A program made the position numbers and the translations under genes. Below are positions 31,376 to 42,419 of a stretch of DNA of 64,000 nt, piece after piece. How positions within the stretch are numbered: position 1 is the first letter of the stretch; each line of letters begins with the position of its first letter. The DNA is from Candidatus Bathyarchaeota archaeon. Lineage in GTDB: Archaea; Thermoproteota; Bathyarchaeia; Bathyarchaeales; Bathycorpusculaceae. The notes under the pieces were generated by a model that worked only from the letters and a program-made list of their open reading frames with translations, was not told where the DNA came from and searched no databases. Location of the stretch: assembly GCA_963775685.1 (NCBI GenBank), contig CAVZJV010000014.1, forward strand, positions 1,952,001 through 2,016,000, read 5' to 3'.

Positions 31376-33652
31376 GTGAAGATTGCAGAGCTACCTATTC
31401 CAGGTTCAGTCAAGGAAATCCTATCCGGCTTGGGAATTGCAGAGTTGTTTCCGCCTCAGGAAGACACTATACGAGCAGGAGTGCTTGAGGGCAAAAACAT
31501 CGTTTTGGCAAGTCCCACGGCTTCAGGAAAAACCTTGATTGGGGAACTCTGTGGCCTTAAACACATTCTCGAGAGAAGCGGCAAAGTCATTTATCTCTCA
31601 CCGCTCAGAGCATTGGCAAGTGAAAAGTTTGAAGAATTCCAAAAGTACACTTCCATTCGTAAGGTGGATGGCAGAAAAGTGTCGGTTGGTATCAGTACAG
31701 GCGATTTTGACAGCGCCGACAACTGGCTGGAACGCTATGACGTAATAGTCACAACCAACGAGAAAGCCGATTCTTTGTTGCGTCACCGTGCAAAGTGGAT
31801 GGATAGCATCTCGCTGGTTATTGCCGACGAAATTCACCTTTTAAACGAGGCGGAACGCGGACCCACACTGGAAATCGTACTTGCAAGACTTTTGCAGGTA
31901 AACCCCCATATCCAAATCTTAGCCCTGAGCGCAACCATTAACAATGTGGACGAAATCGCTGGTTGGCTTAACGCCAAATATATCGTTACTGAGTGGCGGC
32001 CAATTAACCTCAAAGAAGGCATCATGCTTAAGGAAGAAATCCGATATAAGGACGGCGAGGCAAGAAAAATTGACCCGGAAACCCATTTGTCAGTTGTCAA
32101 CCTAGTTTTAAATACCTTGAAGAGTGGTGGGCAAGCGTTGATTTTTGCTTCAACAAGGAAGAACGCGGTTTCAGCGGCGAAAACCGTTGCAAGTCACATG
32201 GACAAGGTGCTGGTGCCCAAGAGCGGCTCCAAACTGGTTAAGCGCTCACTGGAGCAACAGACAAGAGGCATTTTGGAGAAAGAAGCAAAGAAGATTTTGG
32301 ATGCGGGAGAACGAACTCATCTAAGCGAGGAACTTGCCGATTTAGTTCGCTGCGGTACAGCCTACCACCATGCAGGCTTGTCTGGCGCCCACCGCAAAGT
32401 CATCGAGGATGCATTCAAGGAACGAAAAATCAAGGTTCTGACGGCCACCCCCACTTTGGCTTGGGGAGTTAACTTGCCCGCCCGAACAGTCATCATTCAA
32501 GACTACCGCCGCTTCGAAGCCGGATTAGGTAACTATCCCATCAGCGTGCTCGATTACAAACAGATGGCTGGGCGAGCAGGTAGACCAAAATACGACAAAT
32601 TCGGCGAATCCGTGCTAATTGCCAAAACAGCCGCCGAAGAAGATTACCTGATGGAAAGCTATGTTTTGGCTAAGCCCGAGAGGATTTGGTCAAGGTTAGC
32701 AGTTGAGAAAATCATCCGCGCACATGTTTTGTCAACCATAGCCTCAGACTTTGCCCACACTGAACAGGGCATTTACGAGTTTTTCGGCAAAACCTTCTAC
32801 GCTTACCAGTATGATGTGAAAGCTATCCAAAACGTTATCAACAAAATTCTTCGCTTCCTCCACGATGAAGAGATGATTTACGTTGTGGGGGACAATATTT
32901 TAGCCACCAATTTTGGAAAGCGCGTAAGTGAACTCTATATCGACCCCCTCTCGGGCGTAATAATCAGGGATGCATTGCAAATGAAACTGCCCTTATTAAC
33001 CGAGTTTAGTTTGCTGCATTTAGTTGCTCATACACCCGACATGGGACCAATCATGCGCCCTTACCAGCGCGAAATGGATAATTTGGCGGTACAATCTGAA
33101 GACCACAAACAAGAACTATTCGTAGAAGTTCCCGATCAATGGAGAGACCACGTTGGCTACGCTGACTTTTTGGGTGAAGTCAAAACTGCTATGGTTATGA
33201 ACAACTGGATAGAGGAGCTGCCGGAAGAAAAAATTCTAGAACGCTTCAATGTGCAGCCTGGAGATCTCTACCGAACCATCGAAACAGCCAAGTGGTTGCT
33301 ACACGGCGTAAACGAGCTCTCGCCAGTTGTTGCCAAGAACAGGGAGGTTTCCTCCCTAAGTCATGAACTGGTCGAGCGGGTTTCTAAAGGCATAAAGCGA
33401 GAGCTCTTGCCGATTGTGGCGCTGGAGGGTGTGGGCAGAGTCCGCGGACGCATAATCTTTGACGCAGGCTACCAAACCATCGAAGACCTTAAACATGCCC
33501 CAGTCGAAGACCTGACTAACCTCCCATCGGTTGGGCCAAGATTAGCCAAGAAAATCAAAGAGCAAGTTGGCGGGTTTGTTAAGAAAGAAACGTGGGAAAA
33601 CTTGGGAAAGGCACCCGATGAAGCCCAACAGAAGGGATTATTTGATTTTTAA
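31376..33652 (+). CDS. hel308: Ski2-like DNA helicase Hel308
   Basis: PTASGKT, DEIH, LSAT, QMAGRAGRP, C-terminal HhH with RVRGR. Confidence 0.95.
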   Translation: MKIAELPIPGSVKEILSGLGIAELFPPQEDTIRAGVLEGKNIVLASPTASGKTLIGELCGLKHILERSGKVIYLSPLRALASEKFEEFQKYTSIRKVDGRKVSVGISTGDFDSADNWLERYDVIVTTNEKADSLLRHRAKWMDSISLVIADEIHLLNEAERGPTLEIVLARLLQVNPHIQILALSATINNVDEIAGWLNAKYIVTEWRPINLKEGIMLKEEIRYKDGEARKIDPETHLSVVNLVLNTLKSGGQALIFASTRKNAVSAAKTVASHMDKVLVPKSGSKLVKRSLEQQTRGILEKEAKKILDAGERTHLSEELADLVRCGTAYHHAGLSGAHRKVIEDAFKERKIKVLTATPTLAWGVNLPARTVIIQDYRRFEAGLGNYPISVLDYKQMAGRAGRPKYDKFGESVLIAKTAAEEDYLMESYVLAKPERIWSRLAVEKIIRAHVLSTIASDFAHTEQGIYEFFGKTFYAYQYDVKAIQNVINKILRFLHDEEMIYVVGDNILATNFGKRVSELYIDPLSGVIIRDALQMKLPLLTEFSLLHLVAHTPDMGPIMRPYQREMDNLAVQSEDHKQELFVEVPDQWRDHVGYADFLGEVKTAMVMNNWIEELPEEKILERFNVQPGDLYRTIETAKWLLHGVNELSPVVAKNREVSSLSHELVERVSKGIKRELLPIVALEGVGRVRGRIIFDAGYQTIEDLKHAPVEDLTNLPSVGPRLAKKIKEQVGGFVKKETWENLGKAPDEAQQKGLFDF

Positions 33653-34987
33653 GCGCTTTCAGCGAATTTTTCAGCCTGCTCGATTGCAGTGCCTAAATAG
33701 TTTTGTGGGTTTAGAGCTTGATCTATTTCTTTCTCGGTTAGTTTGTTGCTGACGAGGTTGTTTTCAATGAGCACTTGTTTAAATTGCTTCTTTTCAACTG
33801 CGCTTTTGATGGTGAGTTGCCTTAGTAGTTCGTGTGCTTCTTGTCGGTTTACACCCTTCTTTGTGAGTGTCATCATTACGGATTCCGACATAGCGCGTCC
33901 CTGCGTCAACGAGAGGTTCTGAAGCATGCGTTCTTCGTCGACACGGAGGTTTGTGACTATGTTGTACATGAGGTTTAAGATGTAGTCAAGAAGTATGGAT
34001 GACTCAGGTAAGATGAAGCGTTCGGCGGAGGACTGAGTTAGGTCACGTTCATGCCAAGTAATCATATCTTCAAAAGCTGGAGTGCTGAGACTTCGGATAA
34101 TTCGTGCTATACCGCAGACGCGTTCGCATGTTTCAGGATTCTGTTTGTGGGGCATAGTGGAGCTACCGACCTGTTTTTTTGCTTCAAAGGCTTCAAAGAG
34201 CTCGGCTATTTCGGGGCGTTGAAGTTCACGGATTTCCGTTGCAAAGTTCTCAAGTGAAGAAGCAACCATAGAGTAAATGCAAACAAGTTCGGCATACCGG
34301 TCGCGTTGCACAATCTGCGTCGAAATTTCTGCCGCTTGCAAACCGAGGCGCTTCATAACGAGCTGTTGAATCTGCTCGGCATGCTCACCCAAACCTGCTT
34401 GCGTGCCGACGGCGCCGCTTACTTTTCCAGCTAAAACACGTTTCTTGCTCTCTTCTAATCGTTCAAGGTGCCTGTTTACTTCATAGCCCCAGACCGCGAA
34501 CTTGAAGCCTAACGTAATTGGCAAGGCATGTTGCCCGTGAGTTCTGCCAATCATCACCGTGTTCTTGTATTTTGTAGCTTGTTTCTGCAAGGATTTCCTT
34601 GAACTCTAACAGCTTTTTCTGAAGAACTCCTATAGCGTCTTTTAGTTGCAACGCGTTTGCTGTGTCTACAATGTCATAGCTTGTCGCCCCCAGATGCACG
34701 TAGGCACCGCTTGACCCACAAACTTCAGACAAAGCTCGAACCAGCGAAGCTATGTCGTGTTTAATCTCCTTCTCAATCGCTTTCACACGCTCAACCTTAA
34801 CATATTTAGTGGATGCCCTCTCAGCAATTTTATCAGCGTCCTTTCTTGGAATATTTCCAACTTCTGCATGCGCCAAAGCCAAAGCTGCTTCAACATCAAG
34901 CAGCTTCTGGACTCGACTCTCTTCTTCGAAGATTTTTAGCATCTCTGGCGTTCCATATCTGCCGGTATCGATTGGGGTAATAGGCAA
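33649..34987 (-). CDS. purB: Adenylosuccinate lyase, single frameshift near 34590
   Basis: HLGATSYDI in the upstream frame; GRTHGQHA and GSSTMPHKQNP in the downstream frame. Confidence 0.9.
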
Positions 34988-35067
34988 GTTAGTGTTTCCT
35001 CAGGCTATGGATATGCAGATTAAAGATTAATGTTTTACCACGCACTAGACAATGTAAGCAAAATTAG

Positions 35068-36528
35068 GTGTATAAGGACATGAAAGTAACGGTTGCGGTT
35101 TTAGATAAAAATGGTGATAGCGCAGTTGACAGAGTCCTTAACGTGCTGAACTCGTTTGACTTGGGAGCCCCGTCGCGTTTTGGTTTAGTTTCTCCTAAAA
35201 AAAGTTTTTTTGAAAAAAACGTTACAATCATCAAAAAGCAGGGCTTAAAATCCTCTTCCGCGTCAGGCTACCTCACCTCTAAATCCAAGTCAGCAAGCGA
35301 TTATGAGCATTTGCAGTTAGATGATGCTACACTACTCTTTGAGGGCAGGGTGTATTCATCAGTGCCCAAAACTGCCCTTTTGGAGCAGGTTACAAAGTTG
35401 CCACTTCAGTGTGAAGCCGCCCTGCAAACACTCATTGAGCAGGCAGATGGAGATTATTCATTTCTGATGCTGAAGAACGGCTGGATTGCCTCTGGAAGAG
35501 ACCCAGTGGGTGTCCAACCCCTTTATTTTGGCGAAAACAAAGATATCGCTGCTTTTGCAACTAACCGACGTGCTCTCTGGAGACTCGGAATCGAGAATCC
35601 TCTGTCTTTTCCGCCGGGTAACTTGGGTTTCGTCAACAAAGAAGGTTTCAAATTCAAACCCATTAAAAACCTATCATTCTCTAAATCCATTACCATAAAA
35701 CTGGAAGATGCCGCAAAAACCCTTCAAACTCTTCTTGAACGGTCCATCCAGCGGCGTGTAAAAGGTTTAAAAGAGGTAGCTGTGGCGTTTTCAGGAGGCT
35801 TAGACAGCAGTTTAGTGGCTTTTTTGGCAAACAAATGCAACGTTAAAGTTAGCTTGCTCCATGTGAGCTTGGAGAATCAAGCGGAAACTGAAGAAGCCAT
35901 AAAATCTGCCGATAAACTGAATCTTCCTTTGCAAGTGCATTTGTTTAAGGACTCTGATGTTGAAGAAACATTGCCTAAAGTGGTCGAGTTAGTTGAGGCG
36001 TCTGATCCAGTCAAGGCAAGCATTGGGGTACCTTTTTATTGGGTTGCGAAGAAGGCTGCAGAGGAAGGTTTTAAGGTGATGTTGGCCGGGCAAGGCGCGG
36101 ATGAGTTATTTGGCGGCTACCAACGCTACGTAAAAGAGTACTGCAGGGACGGCAGCACAGTTTCGAAAACCATGTTTAGTGACGTGGTTAACCTCTACGA
36201 AAGCAACCTCGAGCGAGACTTAAAGATCACTGGTTTTTTTGATGTTGAATTGCGTTTGCCCTTCGGAGACTTTGAGCTTGCCGAGTTTGCTTTGAGTCTG
36301 CCCTTAGAGTGTAAAATGGAACAAAAACCCGAGACCCTCCGAAAGCTTGTTTTGCGAAAACTCTCCTTGGACGCTAGTTTACCCCCGGAAATAGCGAATA
36401 AACCGAAAAAAGCGGTTCAATACTCCACTGGAATCAACGATGCTGTAAAACGAATTGCAAAGAAACATCAAAAAAACGTTAATGAATACATCAATGAGCT
36501 ATTCCTGAAAACCAAAAACAATCCCTGA
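35068..36528 (+). CDS. asnB: Asparagine synthetase B-like protein with degenerate glutaminase domain
   Basis: RDPVGVQPLY, AFSGGLDS, GQGADELFGGY; no N-terminal Cys. Confidence 0.8.
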   Translation: MYKDMKVTVAVLDKNGDSAVDRVLNVLNSFDLGAPSRFGLVSPKKSFFEKNVTIIKKQGLKSSSASGYLTSKSKSASDYEHLQLDDATLLFEGRVYSSVPKTALLEQVTKLPLQCEAALQTLIEQADGDYSFLMLKNGWIASGRDPVGVQPLYFGENKDIAAFATNRRALWRLGIENPLSFPPGNLGFVNKEGFKFKPIKNLSFSKSITIKLEDAAKTLQTLLERSIQRRVKGLKEVAVAFSGGLDSSLVAFLANKCNVKVSLLHVSLENQAETEEAIKSADKLNLPLQVHLFKDSDVEETLPKVVELVEASDPVKASIGVPFYWVAKKAAEEGFKVMLAGQGADELFGGYQRYVKEYCRDGSTVSKTMFSDVVNLYESNLERDLKITGFFDVELRLPFGDFELAEFALSLPLECKMEQKPETLRKLVLRKLSLDASLPPEIANKPKKAVQYSTGINDAVKRIAKKHQKNVNEYINELFLKTKNNP

Positions 36529-36767
36529 TTGCTAAATACTGCTCAGGCTAAGTGAAACTTCAGCTCTCCCACTAGCTGATTCTGAATACGAATGGGTGAC
36601 GAGGGTCTGCGGTGGGGGGCGTTTCTTTTCTATTTTGTTAAGGTAGGGTAGCAGGTCTCCAAGAGAGATCGTGACGCTTCCGACAAAGCACAATTTACCT
36701 TAAAATAAGGGGTATAGAAAAAGTCCTAGCTAAACAGAATTAAAAAAAAAATAAAATTAAATAAAAA

Positions 36768-37946
36768 CTATGCTTTTTTGGCTATTTCCAACTCTTTTTT
36801 GAGTTGTTCAGCCTTGTCGGTTTTTTCCCAAGGAAATTCTACATCTTCCCTGCCGAAGTGGCCGAATACGGCTGTTTTCTTGTAGATGGGTCTTAGCAAG
36901 TTTAGTTGGTCGATGATGGCTTTGGGTCGCATGTCAAAGTACTTTTGGACTAACGCTAAGATTTGTTCATCCGGAAGTTTGCCTGTTTCGTTAGTGTTAA
37001 CCAAAACAGAGATTGGCTGCGCAACACCGATGGCATAACTGATTTGGATTTCGCATTGCTCTGATAAGCCGGAGGCAACTACATTTTTGGCGATGTATCG
37101 CGCCATGTAGCAGCCTGAACGGTCAACTTTGGATGGGTCTTTCCCGCTGAAGCATCCCCCTCCGTGGCTTCCGACTCCTCCATAAGTGTCAACGATTATT
37201 TTTCTGCCTGTTAAACCTGAGTCAGCTAAGGTTCCACCGATGACGAATCTTCCTGTTCCGTTTATGACGTATTTAATGTCTTCAGCTAACAAGTTCTCTG
37301 GAATAACATTCTTTATGACTTTTTCAACGATATCCTTCTTTAAGGTTGCATCGTCAACTGTTCCGTTGTTTTGAGCAGCGATTACGACAGTTTTAACGCA
37401 TTTAGGCTTGCCATTATCGTATTCGATTGTAACTTGGGATTTGCAGTCAGGACGCAAGTAAGGCATAAGTTTTGTTTTTCTGCATTCAGCTAAGCGTTTA
37501 ACCAGTTTTTGTGCTAGTATAATGGGTAGTGGCATGAGTTCTTTTGTCTCGTTTGTTGCGTATCCGAAAACCATGCCTTGGTCTCCAGCACCTTGCTCAT
37601 GGCCTTTAGATTCGGTTACTCCAATAGAAATGTCTGGGGACTGCTCAGTTAAAGAAACTAGAACTCCGCATGTTTCCCAATCTAACCCATCCTTTGCATT
37701 ATCAAAACCAATTTCTTTGAGTGTTTGACGGACAATTTTTGGGATGTTAACGTATGCGCAAGTGGTTATTTGGCCGGTAATCACTACTGTTCCCTGCATG
37801 ACGAGGGTTTCGCAGTCAACGCGTGCTTTGGGGTCATGGGTGAATATTGCGTCTAAAACGCTGTCGGATATTTGGTCTGCAACTTTGTCTGGGTGACCTT
37901 CACCGACTGATTCGGATGTAAACAAGTATTTTCCGTTTTTTTTCAT
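36768..37946 (-). CDS. metK: Methionine adenosyltransferase, bacterial/eukaryotic type
   Basis: [49 protein letters not shown]. Confidence 0.95.
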   Translation of the reverse strand: MKKNGKYLFTSESVGEGHPDKVADQISDSVLDAIFTHDPKARVDCETLVMQGTVVITGQITTCAYVNIPKIVRQTLKEIGFDNAKDGLDWETCGVLVSLTEQSPDISIGVTESKGHEQGAGDQGMVFGYATNETKELMPLPIILAQKLVKRLAECRKTKLMPYLRPDCKSQVTIEYDNGKPKCVKTVVIAAQNNGTVDDATLKKDIVEKVIKNVIPENLLAEDIKYVINGTGRFVIGGTLADSGLTGRKIIVDTYGGVGSHGGGCFSGKDPSKVDRSGCYMARYIAKNVVASGLSEQCEIQISYAIGVAQPISVLVNTNETGKLPDEQILALVQKYFDMRPKAIIDQLNLLRPIYKKTAVFGHFGREDVEFPWEKTDKAEQLKKELEIAKKA

Positions 37947-38106
37947 TGCAGTATCTCTTCCTTTCAATCGTGTAACAGCCATAGTAACTCGGAGTTTTTC
38001 TTAAAAGGCTTTCGACAAACATACAGTTAATCAATGAACTATTTTCTGTCTGGATGTCTGGCAGAAACCAATTTAACTCCTACAGACAACAAACGACCGA
38101 GATTAC

Positions 38107-38481
38107 ATGAAAAAAATGGTGTTAACCCAAATGCACCAAAACCACTCGGTCGATACAGTCAAGAGGTGCAAGCTGGCAATTTTCTTTTTATTTCAGGTCA
38201 GCTAGCTATTGAACCAAAAGAAGGCAAACTCATCGTTGAAGACATAAAGCTCCAAACCCGCCAAATTATGGCGAACCTTAAAGCCATCTTGGAAGCGGCA
38301 GGCTACAGCCCAAAAGAGGTAGTTCAATCTACAGTTTACCTTTCATCGATGTCGCTGTTAAGAGTTTAACCACGAATACGCTAAATACTTCAAGACGGAT
38401 TTCCCAGCACGAGCAACAGTTGCTACAATCCTCAAACCAGGTGCACTTGTCGCGGTTTCTGTGGTTGCTTACAAAGAATAG
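38107..38481 (+). pseudogene. RidA/YjgF family protein with two frameshifts
   Basis: [16 protein letters not shown] in one frame; [19 protein letters not shown] (TAG ends 38481) in another. Confidence 0.8.
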
Positions 38482-38519
38482 CGCTTTGATAAGTTATAAA
38501 AACCAGCCACCGCTTAACT

Positions 38520-39161
38520 ATGATAGTGCAAAACATGGCACAATCCCTCAAGAAGTTTATTCAACAAATCGCCGGAAAAAAGGCTCCTGGACCCTCAACC
38601 ACCTTTACAATATTCCACGTTTTCTATGCGCTGGAGCTTCTGGCTCAAAAGCCCATAGGCAGAAACAAGTTGGCAGAAAAGCTGCAGGTTGGCGATGGAG
38701 CTGTTCGCACGATAATTAGCAGGCTTAAGTATGTTGGCTTGATTGAAACCTCCAAAGAGGGCTGCAACCTTACAAAAAAAGGTCAAATGATTTGGTTGCA
38801 ACTCGAAGACATTTTTCCTAAGCGTGTAGAGCTTTCACGCTCTGAGTTGACTGAATCAGCTTTTAACTTTGCTTTCTTAGTGAAGAATTGCAACCTCAAG
38901 GTTGGTTCTGGGATTGATCAGCGGGATGCAGCTATCATTGCAGGCGCACGCAAAGCTCTGGTTATTGTTTTTAAGAATGGGCACTTATGCATCGAATCGG
39001 TATGTGATTGCATAGAAAAACAGTATCCTAAAGCTGCAGTCCAGATTCTTAAGGAACTTGTGCCAACGGACAATGATGTAATCATCATTGCTGGCGCAGA
39101 TTCCACGCTGAAGGCTAAGCGAGGAGCGTTTGCCGCCAGTTGGTCGCTGATTGCCGCTTAG
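38520..39161 (+). CDS. HTH protein, DUF4443-like
   Basis: IGRNKLAEKL..GDGAVRT, SGIDQRDAAI.AGA. Confidence 0.75.
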   Translation: MIVQNMAQSLKKFIQQIAGKKAPGPSTTFTIFHVFYALELLAQKPIGRNKLAEKLQVGDGAVRTIISRLKYVGLIETSKEGCNLTKKGQMIWLQLEDIFPKRVELSRSELTESAFNFAFLVKNCNLKVGSGIDQRDAAIIAGARKALVIVFKNGHLCIESVCDCIEKQYPKAAVQILKELVPTDNDVIIIAGADSTLKAKRGAFAASWSLIAA

Positions 39162-39919
39162 GTTGTGTATTTTTCTCCTTCGTTAAGGATGCGTTCAAGC
39201 ATCGTGTTAATGTTCACCATGCCTTCATTTGTTTTTGAGGAAACAGGCATTAATAGAAATTGCATGCCCAACTTGTTGATGGCTTGCATCATGTTGCGGC
39301 TAAAGAGGCGTTTTGTGCCTTCCAATTTCTGCTCAATTGCATCTTCTAATGAATTGGTGTTAGCTGACCAATTTGCAATTGCCTGCACATCTTTTTTGGG
39401 GATTAAATCGCTTTTTGAAAGCAGATGTACCTGAGGCTGGAAGAACCTGTTGTAAACGGCTGCAGCCAAGAACATGTTTGAAACGTAGTTGAGAGGGTTG
39501 ATTGAAAATACTGCGTCAAAAAGGTAGATTAGAGCTTTTGGTTCCTTGGTTAATTCGTTGACTATATATGGTCCACTTGCACGGAACGCGAAAAGCTCCA
39601 TTTGTCCAGGTGTATCCACCAAAACTATGTCTGCATGGGCTTCTTCGATGTCGCGTGTCAAGTTTTCGATTTCATCCGCGATCAAATCAGCAGCCATAAC
39701 CAAAGCGCCATTGGGACCTAAACCATACTTTTCCATAATGTCACCAACCTCCACATAGTTGCGGACATCAATATCAGGTTGATAAGGAAGCTTGAGTGCT
39801 CCAGGATCCAAATTGACAACAGCAACATCCTGCTTACTCATTTTTAGCCACTCAGCAAAAGCCGCTGTAAAAAACGATTTGCCAGAACCAGCTGTCCCAA
39901 TAATAAACGCTAAAGGCAT
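39158..39919 (-). CDS. GPN-loop GTPase
   Basis: GTAGSGKS, NLDPG, LGPNG, DTPGQ.ELF. Confidence 0.95.
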   Translation of the reverse strand: MPLAFIIGTAGSGKSFFTAAFAEWLKMSKQDVAVVNLDPGALKLPYQPDIDVRNYVEVGDIMEKYGLGPNGALVMAADLIADEIENLTRDIEEAHADIVLVDTPGQMELFAFRASGPYIVNELTKEPKALIYLFDAVFSINPLNYVSNMFLAAAVYNRFFQPQVHLLSKSDLIPKKDVQAIANWSANTNSLEDAIEQKLEGTKRLFSRNMMQAINKLGMQFLLMPVSSKTNEGMVNINTMLERILNEGEKYTT

Positions 39920-40221
39920 AACTTAGTCTCCAATGAACGTGTGAACTACGCTTTAGATAATAACCTTTCGACTTGAATTTTGTTTGAGTGTTTGTTTTAT
40001 TATAGTAGTTGTGGTGAAAAGTTTGCTATAAACAACAATCACCAGCAGGCTGCCTTGCTCAAAGCGTTTTGTGTTCGGAGTCGGGTATGGGTTGCAGACG
40101 GTTGTGCACAGCTGACACAAGCAGAGTGAGGCAAACCCAAAAGCTGCCTTGCGCAATTTTTTTTATAACCCTTTAATGAAGCAGCCAAAGCTGGTATCGC
40201 AAATTTAAGCTTTTGCGGAAT

Positions 40222-41373
40222 TTATTGGAGAGGCCCTGTTTCTGACAGCTGAGTAATTGGCGACGCAAGTTTCCTACGCGTCACTTTGACAACTACAACC
40301 GCAAATACAGTTATCACTAAGACTAAAGCAACAATTAAAACAACAATCAACGTCGGCAAAACAACAATGTTCGTATGGGAGCTTGTCGCGCCATTATACT
40401 GACGGTTTCCAACCCAACTTGCTTGAAGTGCTACACTCCCCGCTGGAGGAACCCAACTGTAATTAAAACTTCCATCAGCTTGCGTTAGCAACGTGCCAAT
40501 TGTTGTCCAGCCGCCTTTGTTGATGTTGGCTTTTAAGGTAACGTTTACGTTTGCGGTTTGCGGCAGAATTTGGCCGTTGACGGTTACGTTGCCGTTTTCA
40601 ATCATGATAGGTGAGGAAATTTTAAGTGCTATAGTGCTGGGCTCCAATTCTCTTAGAGTTGCAGAAACTTGCCCAACCGATGTTTGCGCAATGTTCTCAA
40701 GCGATAATACTTCTGAGGAAACGTTTTGGTATTTGCTTGGGGTTTCCCCAATGCGCCAGCCATCTCGCCACTGCTCCCCAGTGCATTCACCAATATAGTA
40801 AGAGACATTGTTGTAGTCTACACTGTAGACTTTCACTCTAGCTTCGGTGGGTGCAGTACCAAGGTCCACTCCGATTTCCATATGCAACAGGTCCCTATAA
40901 TATATGAGAACAGCGTTGATTCCACCTGCCTCCAAGATTGAAGCAGCAATGTAAACGAAAAGATCACAGTCACCCATATCTTCGACCAAGGTTTCAACTG
41001 GGTATTTGCCAGGAACCACTTCCTTGTAAGTTATCTGGTGCACAAGCATCAAAACGCCGTTTGTGAAGTCTTCGGTGTTGTTGTAGATTTGCCAGAGCCT
41101 GTCAGCGATGGGTTTTAGCGCATATGGAATAACAAACTTGGCTAAATCCCCAGCAGAATAGGTGACATGGCTTTGCAGGGCATAGTATTGGTAGAGCGTT
41201 TGAGGTATCGTCACGTTTAGTTCGTAGGTTAAGTTGCCCTCTGGTTTGTTTAAGAGAAGAAACGACGAGGTGTAATTTCCAGTTTGGGTCTGTGATTTGC
41301 CAAGCGGCAACAGCGAAAAAGAAACCACTATGATTACTGTCAGGGTAATTGTTTTGAGGTGCCTGTCTTTCAT
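40222..41373 (-). CDS. Membrane-anchored transglutaminase-like surface protein
   Basis: Signal peptide, PVETL...GDCD, HM.IGV, ECT, Ig-like region, C-terminal TM helix. Confidence 0.75.
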   Translation of the reverse strand: MKDRHLKTITLTVIIVVSFSLLPLGKSQTQTGNYTSSFLLLNKPEGNLTYELNVTIPQTLYQYYALQSHVTYSAGDLAKFVIPYALKPIADRLWQIYNNTEDFTNGVLMLVHQITYKEVVPGKYPVETLVEDMGDCDLFVYIAASILEAGGINAVLIYYRDLLHMEIGVDLGTAPTEARVKVYSVDYNNVSYYIGECTGEQWRDGWRIGETPSKYQNVSSEVLSLENIAQTSVGQVSATLRELEPSTIALKISSPIMIENGNVTVNGQILPQTANVNVTLKANINKGGWTTIGTLLTQADGSFNYSWVPPAGSVALQASWVGNRQYNGATSSHTNIVVLPTLIVVLIVALVLVITVFAVVVVKVTRRKLASPITQLSETGPLQ

Positions 41374-41452
41374 GCTCTACACTGCGATGGGTTTTTGCTT
41401 TTCAGATATTGCAGTTTGCTTAAATTGTTATTCCCAAATCGCTTTTTGGCTC

Positions 41453-42269
41453 TCAAAACTCAGCCGTGACTAACCCGCCGTTTTGCCGAATTAATGTGGC
41501 GAGCTCTTTTCCTGCTTTTGCAAAGCTTTTCGCGGGGTTTTTGCTTTTTGCTTGCTGTGATAGTTAGGTGGATTTCAATGTGGGGCCTATTTTCCGACGG
41601 CACATGATGCGATTTCACATATACCCCTTAGGTTTTCGCTCATTACTTTGTCTATAAAGGGCGACAACTGGGACTCAGTGATGTTGTGTGCAAAAATGCT
41701 TTTCTCACAAAAAACCCAATCTCCAACCGCTTGCGCTATCAGCGGTGCAATGGTTTCATCAAAAATCGCTTCCATCTCGATTGGTACACCGGGGAGAGCA
41801 AAAAGCACCGTGACCTCAACATCAACACATACTCCTGGCGCGGTTCCAACTGGGTTGTTAACTGGCTTTGTTTCCTGAGGCAGAGTCGCTATTTTGACTC
41901 TTAGAGGCATCAACTTCTGTTGGCACCCCCTCTTCTTTTGGCGTATTGAATACATCTTTCCCTTGACCTTAATAAGGCGGTTGAGTTTACTTCTAATTTT
42001 TGGTTTGTTGCTTTGGCTATCCCTTGGAGGGTTGCGTCGTCAAAGGTTGGTCATAACCCGCCTGTTGTGATTATGAACTGTGGTTTTCGCGCTATGGCTT
42101 CGCAAACTCTGTTAGCGACTCCTTGAATGATGTCTTGGATTACTGTTACTCGTTTGACGTTTGCGCCGAGTTGAGTGGCTCGTTTGGCTAGGTGGTGTGC
42201 GTTTGTGTCTTTGATTTTGCCTGTGAGCAGTTCGTTGCCTATGCAGATGATTTCTGTGTCTGTTTTCAT
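41453..42269 (-). pseudogene. CinA/MoeA-like molybdopterin-binding protein, decayed
   Basis: IGNELLTG..DTN, GGL*PTFDD (nonsense codon), GTAPG, LPGVP.EM; several frameshifts. Confidence 0.85.
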
Positions 42270-42419
42270 GCGGGTTCTTCTGAGGATGTTAAGTGGTATC
42301 GTTGTTTTCTTTTATACCGTTTGCTTGTTACGTTTGCTTGTTAGATTAGCCAAGTATGCTTTTTTTCCAGTTTGTCGTCGAAATATTTTTATGTACATAT
42401 CGATAACTCCAAATAAAAG

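Noticed and set aside
36529-36767. Intergenic region with a G-run as a possible RNA gene
   Set aside because: No cloverleaf or known ncRNA motif recognised
37947-38060. SAM riboswitch upstream of the bacterial-type metK
   Set aside because: Short leader with no SAM-I consensus elements visible
39953-40156. 67-aa Cys-containing ORF or ncRNA with a GCTGCCTTGC direct repeat
   Set aside because: No recognisable protein, SRP, RNase P or tRNA motifs; insufficient support
42040-42060. In-frame TGA in the CinA-like gene as possible selenocysteine or readthrough
   Set aside because: It replaces the conserved Gly of GGLGPT (GGA to TGA), not a Cys, and the gene has further frameshifts
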